A stretch of 63,435 bases of DNA, counting the filler, from Octopus bimaculoides (Eukaryota): NCBI RefSeq assembly GCF_001194135.2. It is 6 parts of 5 records of this genome, joined end to end, with 100 filler letters (N's around TTAATTAATTAA, not from the genome) between each part and the next. Parts side by side here need not be neighbours in the genome. Positions count along the whole stretch, not along the records: positions 50,990 to 56,774 come from NC_068981.1; positions 56,875 to 61,360 come from NC_068987.1; positions 61,461 to 63,435 come from NC_068981.1; 3 more parts are not named here. One strand, written 5' to 3'. Numbering within the stretch: position 1 is the first letter of the stretch; each line of letters starts with the position of its first letter. A model generated the notes under the pieces. It worked only from the letters and a program-made list of their open reading frames with translations, ran no database searches and was not told the DNA's origin. Both the position numbers and the translations under genes were made by a program. Of the stretch, positions 51,835 to 63,435 are shown one piece after another.

Positions 51835-52225
51835 TTTGGTAAGAAGCTTGTTTTCCAACCACATGCCTCTGTATTCAATCTCGCAGCAAGGTACCTTGGG
51901 CGAATGTCCTCTATAGCCTCGTTCAACCAAAGCCATGTAAGAGGATTTAATGGACGAAAACATGAAAGAGGCCTATCGTATGTGTGTGTGTGTGTGTTGC
52001 GTGCGTGCGTGCGTGCGTGTGTGTGCATGTGGATGGGTGCGTTTGTGTTTGTCCCCCACCGATATTAGCTTGTTTACGCCCACGTAGCGATTCGGTAAAC
52101 CAGTCCGATAGAATAATTACCGGACATATCATTCAAGTGATAGGGTCGATTCGTTGGGCCAAAAACCTCTCAAGACAATGTTCCAGTATGGCTGCAGTAC
52201 TACGACTGAAACAGGTAAAAGATAC
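51835..52225 (+). mobile_element. Diverged SINE family A
   Basis: CCAACCACATG..CCTTGGGCGAATG..internal (TG)n..GGGTCGATTCG..CCAGTATGGCTGCAGT. Confidence 0.7.
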
Positions 52226-52535
52226 AAGACTTAAAAAATAACAAATAACTAATAAAATATTGCTAAAATTACTTATTAAAACAGAAAGCTCATTGAAGAA
52301 TGTAGTCCTAAATATAGAAAAGAACAGGTGTCTCTGCTTGATTACGTCACTGATCAGGAATGACCTGAGGCAAAACAATAATACCGATTGTGCTCAATTT
52401 CTGATTGAATGTTTGTTTTCCTTTCAATTGCTAATGATTTTGAGAAAATCTGGAATATCTCTTCTCAATAATATATTGTAAACTATATCCCTACCTATTT
52501 ACGATCACGTAAGCATTAAATATATCAAATATATA

Positions 52536-53449
52536 TTGGGTCATCTCATAAATAATGCGGTTTTTTCAATTGCATAAACTAAAAGTCGGAAGGGGACGGG
52601 ATAAATTACTTGCATCAACTTACTATAAAAGCAGGTAATAATTTTACTTTGGGTTTATTCTTAGTACAAGTTTGAATAATGCAGTTTGATTTTAACTGTT
52701 ATATTTTCAAAGCTATAATGGAAGTGACAAAGGAGCATATTCGGCATATTTTGCATTATCAGTTCAATAAAGGCAACAACGCAAGGGAAAGTGTGAGGAA
52801 CATTAATGCAGTATATGGGGATCGGACAATAAGTGGAAGCCAATATGGTTCCAAAAATTCCGAGCCGGAAACTACAGCCTAAAAGACGATCCTCGTCCTG
52901 GAAGATTTGTAGAACTCGGCGAGGACGTCCTGCAAACTCTGGTGGAACAAAATTCCATTGTAACTGTTGAAGAACAAGTAGAGAAGCTTGGATTTGATCA
53001 TTCAACCATTCATCGACACCTGGGTGCCATCGGAGAACGACCGTCTTCGGTTTCAAAACGAAAGATATTCTTCCATCAGGATAATGCTCGACCACATACA
53101 GCGAGAATGACATTCCAAAGGGTGGAACAGTTTCAATGGAAACGATGCCCCACCCACCATATTCGCCAGACAATGCCCCGTGTGATTATCTTTTATTCTG
53201 AAGTCTTCAAAATCATTTGGACAGAAAAAATAGGAATTCTGTAGAGAGGTCAGAACAGTAATGGAGAAATATTTTTCGTCACGGACAATGATGTTTGGAA
53301 GGGTGGCCTTGCAAGTCTACCAGATAGATGGAAAAGCATTGTATAAAATGAAGGAGAGTATATTTTAGATTTAAAAAGGGCTTTGTCTATCTTAATTTTG
53401 AAAAATAAAAGAAGTCTAAAAAACCTGCATTATTTATTGGATGACCCTG
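52536..53449 (+). mobile_element. Mariner (DD34D-type) transposon, internally deleted, TIRs retained
   Basis: TIRs TTGGGTCATCTCATAAATAATGCGG and CTGCATTATTTATTGGATGACCCTG with TA flanks; MEVTKEHIRHILHYQFNKG, HQDNARPHTA and a frameshifted HPPYSPD.AP.DY; WVPHEL region absent. Confidence 0.92.
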
Positions 53450-53576
53450 TATATATATATAATTTTAAAAAAGAAACGAAGAAAAACACAAGGAAAACCA
53501 ACAACGCGAGGACATGGGACATGCAAAGTATTAAAAGACGCTCAGGGAAGGAAAGAAAGGGTGTTTCACGTTTCTA

Positions 53577-53616
<40 letters not shown>

Positions 53617-53619
<3 letters not shown>

Positions 53620-53891
53620 ATAACTTGTTCAAGATGTGGACAAAACTATATAGGCCAACCAAGGAGACGACTTAGACGGAGAACTACACTGCATAAGGAA
53701 CAAATTCATTTCCCAAGGTATAGAAAGATACCATTAAGCGAACACATAGAGAAGTGTGCGGGTAATCAACAACTAAGCTACACGTTTTCCCCATCTACCA
53801 GTGCAGATAAACAATCTCTATACGAGACCGATTAAATAACGAGAATATATTTGTTGAAAAATACAAACTGCACCTGAATATGAACGCATAA
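53617..53891 (+). mobile_element. Penelope-like element GIY-YIG endonuclease C-terminal fragment
   Basis: ITCSRCGQNYIGQ..LRRR..H..QI..SEHIEKC then, frameshifted, VFPIYQ..E.IFVEKYK..LN*; begins at a (TA)n tract. Confidence 0.82.
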
Positions 53892-55394
53892 CCAATTTTG
53901 AATTTTATTGATATTTTAATTCATGAACGCATTACCAACAATATCACGCTCGAACGGTTCGCCTCTTGGAGGACACTCCATACTGCAAGACGACATAAAC
54001 TTTATAATTGGGAGTTGTGAATAATGACGTTCTGAATGAAGTATTTCTTCAGGGGCAAATATATTTTCTAATTTGCGAACTTTAATAATAGTTTTTTTTT
54101 TTCTTTCTTGAAGCAGTGCAATGCTAGTTTGTACAAATCCTTAGAAATAACAGTCGAGCAATATGAAAACCTTCTCAGCAAAATTGAGCATCTTAAGGAA
54201 CTATAATACGTTTAAAATACAATACAAAGCACGATGCTTTGAGTTGACTTATGTATTAACACGTTGCTTTTCTACTATAATCTAGGAAATGATTGGCAAC
54301 GACAAGCATTGAGTTACGAAGGCAGTAGCTTCGATTTCGTAGTTTTGTTTCTAATAATTATACACACCAGTGAATTCGTAGAATCGTTAGCACGCCGGGC
54401 AAAATACTCAGCAGTATTTCGTCCGTATTTACGTATTAAATGAAGCAGATTGGATGTTAAAATGGATTACGTTTGTATTTCATATTCCCAGACAATTGTT
54501 TCGGACAAAAGGATCAATATTTCAATAAAGAGAATATCATAAAGGTCGAATTTGCACTCTTCAGTAGGTGAGATTCAAGGTAAGAAAAAATAAACAAAAA
54601 GACGTTTAAAATATACATTCTTTCAGGTATTTATATATTCATTCCTCTACGCACGATTATTTAAATCGAAACTAAAAACATTAAAGGATTTGGCTGGTTA
54701 CATATCTAATATTTAAATTTTTGACTTCCACGCTATTAAATCAAGTATATATCTATTTTTAAAACTCACTATAGAAAATATTGGTCAAGATCTATGTGTA
54801 TTCACGTTCAGAAATACCAAATAAGGAATTATATGTTATTTGAAATTCATATTTAAAAATGTGTTAACCGTCATCTGTCATTTCTACTATGTTTATAAGT
54901 AAATAAGAAGCCAGTACTAGCATATGAGATTGATTAATAGTTTATATAGTTTTGTTTTTTTTAAGTACTACGTAAAAGTCAATAATCCATAGACAATATA
55001 GTTATTATATGTCGCTTTCGTTATCTAAAACATCTAGATAAATTTTAAAAAGATGAACCTTACGAAATACGTACAAACTTGAGTAAAGATGTATTAAAAG
55101 GGAACCACTTACGTGACTGTCATGAAATATAATAATGTGGAATTGATCTATATTATGTATTGAGAAAAAGTTTTTTAAAAAATTAAATGATTATTTCCTC
55201 GATATGTTTATGTTTTATATTATGTTTTTCAAAGGAGGAAATCTAAAAAACATATGGTATGTGTTTGTAATTAATGCAGGAGAGACAACATTTTAAAAAC
55301 CTTAGATATTAGCTATATTTTTCTTTTAAGATGCAAACATACCTATATATATACTTATGTGTATGCATAAAAAAAAGGTAAAAAAAAAGGAAGT

Positions 55395-55430
<36 letters not shown>

Positions 55431-55438
55431 AGCACATT

Positions 55439-56302
55439 CAGAGGTGCGATGGGTAAATTGTCACCATATTTTAATTTAGCGCATGCGCGTTGTTTGTTTG
55501 TGATGTTGTCGACTACACAGTATAGTAGGGTCAGTTGCGTACCGTCTGTGAGACAAACAGCACCATGACGCAATTCGCTCTACCAGAAATCTGGAAATGA
55601 CATGCTGTACTGCTTGGCATTTACACCTGAGGTTCCAATACGAACATTTCAGAGTGTTTGGGTGTCAGAGGTCATCTACCGAGAGTGATAAAAATCAAAC
55701 ATCCAGTTAACATCATGGTGTTTGTAGTGATTACTAGTAATGGCGACGTTATATCTCCATTCATCTTCCCACACGGCCTCACACTAAACACGGGGGCCTA
55801 CATCAAGTGCCTGGAGGAGCTAGTGCAACCTTGGGTCAAGAATGTGGCTGCTGGGAGACTCTATGTCTGGCAACAGGACTCTGCAGCATGCCACACAAGC
55901 AGGAGAACCCAATCATAGCTGTCGGACAATTTCTGCGACCACACCACTCCTAACATCTGGCCATCTAACTCCCCAGACTGCAACCCCTTTATTATTATGT
56001 GTGGAGTGCAGTTGAACGAGAAAACAACAAAACTCCTTGTAACACTAAAGTTGAACTGAGGTCAATGAGTATGGCAGCATTCACCAACTTAAGCAAGGGG
56101 ACTGTCCAGAAGTGTTGCAGAAGATTCTGAAGTCGTCTGGAGGCTGTGGCTGAAACCAATGGCGATTTTATTGAATAAATTTACTCTTTAGTATTTCAAG
56201 GTGTTTTTTATGTAATTTTGGTAAATATATCTGTTAAAATGAGATGTCAGTGTTATTTTCATTGTTGCATAATTTAGACGATAGCTTATTCATCGCACTC
56301 TG
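55439..56302 (+). mobile_element. Tc1/mariner maT (DD37D) internally deleted transposon, copy 2, both ends present
   Basis: Imperfect TIRs CAGAGGTGCGATG and CATCGCACTCTG followed by TA; WQQDSAACH..WPSNSPDCNP gives 37 residues between the second D and the third-D position. Confidence 0.9.
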
Positions 56303-56374
56303 TATCTGTTTATGTGTGTATGTGTGTGTGAGAGAGAGAGCTTTTGTGTGTGTGAGAGAGAGAGAGAGAGAAAG

Positions 56375-56411
<37 letters not shown>

Positions 56412-56960
56412 CGTGGTGAGTGCGTAACTGCGTGTATGTGTGTCTATCTATCTATGTGTGTAAGTATATATGTGTGAGTAATGCACAACACAGCGTATAT
56501 TGGTCAATATAAAATTTAATGTAGATGTACCAACAATTTATTAATTATTAGTATGGCTACGATATATAAGTAAGTGTTTATATCTCTGGGGAAGTTTGGG
56601 TGGTTTGTTCAAACAACATTTATCTCTGTTTGAAGATTCATCAGAAGAAATATTTTCATTTTCTACCGACAGAGAAATTGATACCTTATATTTATTTATA
56701 TCCAACAGAAACCAGGCCTGATGAAACTAATCACAGAATTCACTATGATTTTTCTGCCCATTGAAATATATAGANNNNNNNNNNNNNNNNNNNNNNNNNN
56801 NNNNNNNNNNNNNNNNNNTTAATTAATTAANNNNNNNNNNNNNNNNNNNNNNNNNNNNNNNNNNNNNNNNNNNNTATATATATATATATATATATATATA
56901 TTTAAATAGACATACATACACACATGCGCACACGTCCAGGCGCGCCCAAGCACTCACACA

Positions 56961-57342
56961 TTCTTTTATTCTTTTACTTGTTTCAGTCATTTGACTGCGG
57001 CCATGCTGGAGCACCGCCTTCAGTCAAACAAATCGACCCCAGAGCTTATTCTATGTAAGCCTAGTACTTATTCTATCGGTCTCTTTTTGCCGAACCTCTA
57101 AGTTATGGGGACGTAAACACAACAGCATCGATTGTCAAGCGATGTTGGGGGGGACAAGCACAGACACACAGACATACATATACATAAATATACAACGGGC
57201 TTCTTTCAGTTTTCGTCTACCATATCAACTCACAAGGCTTGGTCGGCCCGAGGCTATAGTAGAAAACACTTGCTTAAGATGCCACACAGTGGGACTGAAC
57301 CTGGAGCCATGTGGTTGAGAAGCAAGCTTCTTAACACACAGC

Positions 57343-57345
<3 letters not shown>
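56961..57345 (-). mobile_element. Full-length tRNA-derived SINE, family A
   Basis: Minus-strand head GTGGCTGTGTGTTAAG..GGTTCAGTCCC, internal (TG) tract, tail ..GTCAAATGACTGAAACAAGTAAAAGA. Confidence 0.88.
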
Positions 57346-57373
<28 letters not shown>

Positions 57374-58826
57374 ACACACATACACACACACATACACCCC
57401 CCCACACATATATACATACATTCACAAATAGGCGCTATCGTTTGAGTTAGGTTATTACTCAAATTATATTAAATACACACACACATACACACACATGCGC
57501 ACACACACATATGTATATACATACATATTCAGTATTTATACAGGCATGTTTGTGTGTTTGTGCACGCTCACGTGCCCATGTCTGTGTGTACATGAGCAAT
57601 CGCGTCTGTGTGTATGTATATATGTATGCGTGTCTATGCGTGTGTATATGTATACTCTCATCCACATCACAACAGATAAATGGATGATTGCTCGGCAATT
57701 TTTTCTTTATAATTTTGAAATTATTCCTCATTTTATTTCGAAACGCTTTTGTTTTCTTTCATAAAATGTATATGAACGTGTGCACGTATTTTTATTTATG
57801 TATATTTTGAACTAAATTCAGCTACAAATATGTTTATACACTCTCTCTTTCACGCTCTTTCTCATGAAATATACATACATACACGCACACACACATATAT
57901 AATATATAAGCACATAGACCCGNNNNNNNNNNNNNNNNNNNNNNNNNNNNNNNNNNNNNNNNNNNNNNNNNNNNNNNNNNNNNNNNNNNNNNNNNNNNNN
58001 NNNNNNNNNNNNNNNNNNNNNNNNNNNNNNNNNNNNNNNNNNNNNNNNNNNNNNNNNNNNNNNNNNNNNNNNNNNNNNNNNNNNNNNNNNNNNNNNNNNN
58101 NNNNNNNNNNNNNNNNNNNNNNNNNNNNNNNNNNNNNNNNNNNNNNNNNNNNNNNNNNNNNNNNNNNNNNNNNNNNNNNNNNNNNNNNNNNNNNNNNNNN
58201 NNNNNNNNNNNNNNNNNNNNNNNNNNNNNNNNNNNNNNNNNNNNNNNNNNNNNNNNNNNNNNNNNNNNNNNNNNNNNNNNNNNNNNNNNNNNNNNNNNNN
58301 NNNNNNNNNNNNNNNNNNNNNNNNNNNNNNNNNNNNNNNNNNNNNNNNNNNNNNNNNNNNNNNNNNNNNNNNNNNNNNNNNNNNNNNNNNNNNNNNNNNN
58401 NNNNNNNNNNNNNNNNNNNNNNNNNNNNNNNNNNNNNNNNNNNNNNNNNNNNNNNNNNNNNNNNNNNNNNNNNNNNNNNNNNNNNNNNNNNNNNNNNNNN
58501 NNNNNNNNNNNNNNNNNNNNNNNNNNNNNNNNNNNNNNNNNNNNNNNNNNNNNNNNNNNNNNNNNNNNNNNNNNNNNNNNNNNNNNNNNNNNNNNNNNNN
58601 NNNNNNNNNNNNNNNNNNNNNNNNNNNNNNNNNNNNNNNNNNNNNNNNNNNNNNNNNNNNNNNNNNNNNNNNNNNNNNNNNNNNNNNNNNNNNNNNNNNN
58701 NNNNNNNNNNNNNNNNNNNNNNNNNNNNNNNNNNNNNNNNNNNNNNNNNNCAAAACGTAGTTCTAGCTTTATTTTATATATCTTATACTTTGGGGCTATA
58801 ATCTCTTCTTCAGGACAAGTGTGATT

Positions 58827-58890
<64 letters not shown>

Positions 58891-59670
58891 GCAAACACAC
58901 ACACACACAGAGACACGCGTGCGCGCGCACACACGCATAATGTTTGTTTTTATGTTGTGTTATATTTAAAGACAATTTAACTCGATATTTTTAGTAAAGT
59001 ACACATTGCTTGTCTTTTTCTTCTGAAAGTCTACACATGCGCGCGCGCGTGCGCGTAAATATGCATGTCGACTTGTTACTCAATAACTACAATTTCAAGT
59101 ACATCCGTGGACCACTGCTTCCGTTCGTTTATTCACTCATTCTTACACACTTATTGATCCACACCTACATGTATAAATCCGTGCACATATCTAAATGTCT
59201 CTGTTTATGCGCGTGTTTCTGTGTATGTGTGTTCGAGTGTGTGTGTGTGTGCGTGTGTATACCGATATACATATGTTCTTGTATTCATTTTGTATCATCT
59301 CCAGTTTTCCTTTCGACCCCAGATTTCATATACTTCTTTTATAAAATGAGTGCACTGGAAAATTACGATGTTAAGGCCTATGTCTAAATTTTCTCTGTAT
59401 ATTTATCTAACTATTTATCTCTTCCTGTCCTCTCTCTTACACACACACATAACAGACATGTAAAACCAGACGATCGTGCACAATCGAGATAAAGGCGAGA
59501 AGAAACTACCGCAACTACCGCACATCGACTGAATATGTATGACAATATATGTCTAATATTTATTATAGTTTCATGTCAACGACTTCGAAATTTTACCTGG
59601 ATGTAGCTTATATAAACCGTGAATATGTCAATATAGCACTGTGAATTAATATATATATATATATATACTG

Positions 59671-59706
<36 letters not shown>

Positions 59707-60619
59707 NNNNNNNNNNNNNNNNNNNNNNNNNNNNNNNNNNNNNNNNNNNNNNNNNNNNNNNNNNNNNNNNNNNNNNNNNNNNNNNNNNNNNNNNNNNNNN
59801 NNNNNNNNNNNNNNNNNNNNNNNNNNNNNNNNNNNNNNNNNNNNNNNNNNNNNNNNNNNNNNNNNNNNNNNNNNNNNNNNNNNNNNNNNNNNNNNNNNNN
59901 NNNNNNNNNNNNNNNNNNNNNNNNNNNNNNNNNNNNNNNNNNNNNNNNNNNNNNNNNNNNNNNNNNNNNNNNNNNNNNNNNNNNNNNNNNNNNNNNNNNN
60001 NNNNNNNNNNNNNNNNNNNNNNNNNNNNNNNNNNNNNNNNNNNNNNNNNNNNNNNNNNNNNNNNNNNNNNNNNNNNNNNNNNNNNNNNNNNNNNNNNNNN
60101 NNNNNNNNNNNNNNNNNNNNNNNNNNNNNNNNNNNNNNNNNNNNNNNNNNNNNNNNNNNNNNNNNNNNNNNNNNNNNNNNNNNNNNNNNNNNNNNNNNNN
60201 NNNNNNNNNNNNNNNNNNNNNNNNNNNNNNNNNNNNNNNNNNNNNNNNNNNNNNNNNNNNNNNNNNNNNNNNNNNNNNNNNNNNNNNNNNNNNNNNNNNN
60301 NNNNNNNNNNNNNNNNNNNNNNNNNNTTAATTTGCGGTCCATGGGAAGAGCCGTTTTAACGATGCGTCCTGCCCAGCTCTTCGAAACGCCGGTGTTAAAA
60401 CGGGGGTAGCTGATGAAGTAGAATGTTCTCTATGTGGCTTGTGTGTTTTCTCGTCTCTGTTTTGTTTGCAATGTCCTGTATCCAGATATGCACCTATACA
60501 TACAGGTGGATGTCGGTATGCACATACCTGTACGTATATATGCATATACTCATTTACTATTTGTTTATATATATATATATATATATATATACATACAGTA
60601 TATACAGTATATATCCTTT

Positions 60620-60949
60620 GTGGAGTGGCAATGGCCCAGTTGTTAGGGCAGCAGACTCGCGGTTTCGATTCCCAGACCGGGCGTTGTGAGTATTTACTGA
60701 CCGAAAACACCTAAAGCTCCACGAGGCACCGGCAGTGGGAGCGGGAGAACCCTGCTGTAATCGTTTACCACGAATTTCAGTCTTTCTTCCTGTTTCTGTT
60801 GTACCTGTATTTCAAAGGGGCCAGCTTTGTCCACATTCTGTACACGTGTATGTGGAGTGCTCAGCTACTTGCTCGTTAATTTCGCGAGCAGGCTGTTCCG
60901 TTGATCGGATCAACTGAAACCCCGTCGTCGTAAGCGACGGAGTGCCACA
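60620..60949 (+). mobile_element. tRNA-derived SINE, family C
   Basis: Head TGGCCCAGTTGTTAGG..GGTTTCGATTCCC, tail ..GTAAGCGACGGAGTGCCACA. Confidence 0.85.
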
Positions 60950-63053
60950 TGTATATCCTATGTTTACAATTCGATGTATGACTATTACTGTTGAAAATAA
61001 AGCTCCTCGTAGATTGTCATTTCTCACATCTTTAATTATCTCTTACTCGTTCCTTCTGTCTCTTTCTCTTTTGTCTTCTTGTTTCTCCCTATTGCTTTCC
61101 CGATCCTCTTTGTCTCTGCTTGTCTTTGGCTTGCTTTCTACTTCTCTCTCAAAATACTTACAAAATGTCACGCCGCCTATCAAACTTGAGACATTACTTC
61201 TCAGTAACGTAACGCAAGAAAGTGCTTTCTTGAATAACACTTGGTAAACCAAATCCCAAACAAATCACGATGGTGAAATGTACGTAGAAACAAATGATGT
61301 ACGCTTGCGTTTATCATAATTTCTCATACGTACATACATATATATATATATATATATATANNNNNNNNNNNNNNNNNNNNNNNNNNNNNNNNNNNNNNNN
61401 NNNNTTAATTAATTAANNNNNNNNNNNNNNNNNNNNNNNNNNNNNNNNNNNNNNNNNNNNTATATATATATATATATATATATATATGATAACGTATATG
61501 CATACATGTATGTATATTTGTATATATGTATGTATTTACATATGCATGCCTGTATGTATGTATGTATGTATCTTTGCATATAAGGAGTCTAAAGAAATAA
61601 CAGCTTTACTTTCATGTATGTATGAAAGGCGTGACTGTATTCGTGATTGATGCTTCTAGTTTGTAAAATAAATATTTTACAGACTCTTTTTAATCCTGTT
61701 ATGGAGCTTAAATATTCGTATTAACTGACTGATTTGAAGTTTTCAGCATTCATTCTTTCATATGCACAAAAGTTATGCTTGAGCATTCGATCGTAATAAC
61801 ACAGCACACTCATATGACTACAGATTCTAAGGACGGTTCATTTTCTGTGAATGATGACTGAGACACAGTCCCACAAGCTAGTTTGAGTTACATGATAGAT
61901 TTCAATATTGTGACAATAGCTGGATATTATGGCGGCTAAGAAACTGCTGTTGGAGAGCTGTCATGTAGAATGTGTAGTCACAATTGCTTTTACTGAAATT
62001 TGCACAAATAGAAAAAAGACACTAACAAATTGTTTTAAAATTAGCCAATGGAGATTTCGATTAGTGACAGAAATAAGAAACGGATAATTGATTTTGTTTT
62101 TGAGGGATATAACAGATTGGTGCAATATGAATTGCCTCTCGAACAGGTGACAAAAGTGGTTACACTCTCCGGATGATTAAGATGATGTTCGTTCTATTGA
62201 GAATGTTTCAGTTAACATTTGGCAGAAAATGTCCCTTATCTATGGTCATATAGATAAAACTAGACAGTATGGAGGATTTTTCGTTGTTCCCGAATTTCAT
62301 ACACTAATTAAACCATACGTTGAAGATATTGGCAGTGAGTCACTTGTAATTCCTCGAAAAACTTACGTGTAATGGAACGGTCACCCAATTGAGAAGTGCT
62401 TTGGGAAAGTAGAATCTTAATGGACAGTGGATTGATTGCAGTAGTTTCATGTAAGTTCCAAAACTCGAACTTAACTCGGAGTAGATATACTATTCATTGT
62501 ACCAATTACTTCATATTTACAAATGCTTGCTAGCTTCTACAATATCGAGTAGTGATCTCATTACAAATGTTAACTAGATGACCCTCAATGTGGACAATAA
62601 CAACACAAATTCGAATGATAATCACTTGTTGTTAGAAAACATGGCCGCATCACTTCTCGTGTAAATACATCTAAACGATCAAATCTGCTTTTTACGACAG
62701 TAAAACATTTTCCATTGTGTGAGAATATCTATAACATTAAATGATGACGTAAAACGAACACGATAGCGTAATAATTATCGAATCGTTTAAATAGATAAAT
62801 ATAAACTAACATTGCACTACGAAAATTCAGCGCGTTTATAGCATTGGCTTAATTGCAATTTTTATGTTGGGTGTAAAGATTTATAGATTTCCATAGATTC
62901 GATTCATAGATACGAAAAAGAATTTAAATTAAACGCAAGTATACAACTGCAGCGGGCTAATATATACATCTAGTTAACTGTACAGGGCAGCACAATTCTA
63001 GTTACATACCTCTGTGACTCTTTTCTAAAGTTTATTCATATATATAAATTCTG

Positions 63054-63435
63054 ATGGAAATTTCATCCAAACTATCAATCCTCATCACAACGATAGAAAC
63101 ACAATCCTCTATCTTAAAAGAAATAGAAAAACAATCAACAGATGGAAAACTCATCAACGAACATATAAACAATGAAATGAAGAATCTCACGGAAATCATA
63201 CCAACAATTATAAAGTCTACCAAAGAAAATCTACCACAACCTCCGTGGATATCAGAAATAAATGAAAGAAATCTGGAAAATGAAGCCCACCGAAAAAGAA
63301 AAGAAATTTGGCAGACATGGAAGAAATCTCTCAATATAAGAAAACAAAACTTCTGGAAAGCATATAAATGCGAAAAATATGCCGAAACACACTCAGAATG
63401 GATTTCCTTAACGGCACCCATACTTCCTCGGAAGT
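63054..63435 (+). CDS. Open reading frame running off the window edge, probably a retroelement ORF (unassigned)
   Basis: 127 stop-free codons from ATG 63054: MEISSKLSIL..QPPWISE..WQTWKKSLNIRKQNFWKAYK..EWISLTAPILPRK; A-rich sense strand like LINE/PLE ORFs; absent from the ORF track, presumably because no stop is in view. Confidence 0.5.
   Translation, partial: MEISSKLSILITTIETQSSILKEIEKQSTDGKLINEHINNEMKNLTEIIPTIIKSTKENLPQPPWISEINERNLENEAHRKRKEIWQTWKKSLNIRKQNFWKAYKCEKYAETHSEWISLTAPILPRK

Noticed and set aside
54010-54056. CTGAAGA..AGAACGTC on the minus strand as a hammerhead
   Set aside because: GAAA is absent, and stems I and II do not pair.

Overview
AT-rich, microsatellite-dense, gap-riddled eukaryotic DNA. 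The SINE families and repeat landscape look like an octopod cephalopod short-read assembly (inference). No host gene can be called with confidence; there are only three weak exon candidates. Most recognisable sequence is mobile DNA: at least four tRNA-derived SINE families, two R4/Dong-like RT+RLE retrotransposon copies ending in (AAT)n, two Penelope-like (GIY-YIG) fragments, RTE-like and Tx1/L1-like fragments, two maT (DD37D) deletion derivatives, one DD34D-type mariner and a Helitron-like element. Highlights: (1) a 2.26-kb fold-back structure at 28561-30820, (TTAGGG)n - inverted 38-bp unit - GTAC - 13 x 38-bp satellite - (CCCTAA)n, in which both telomeric G-strands are extended at their 3' ends by the same satellite strand, sitting directly on the tail of an R4-like retrotransposon; (2) a near-complete type I hammerhead ribozyme at 48303-48377 downstream of a Penelope-like ORF, plus two decayed hammerhead-like motifs; (3) two SINE dimers with the same junction, suggesting sequence-specific SINE-into-SINE insertion. 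All clade names come from motif recognition by eye, not database searches.
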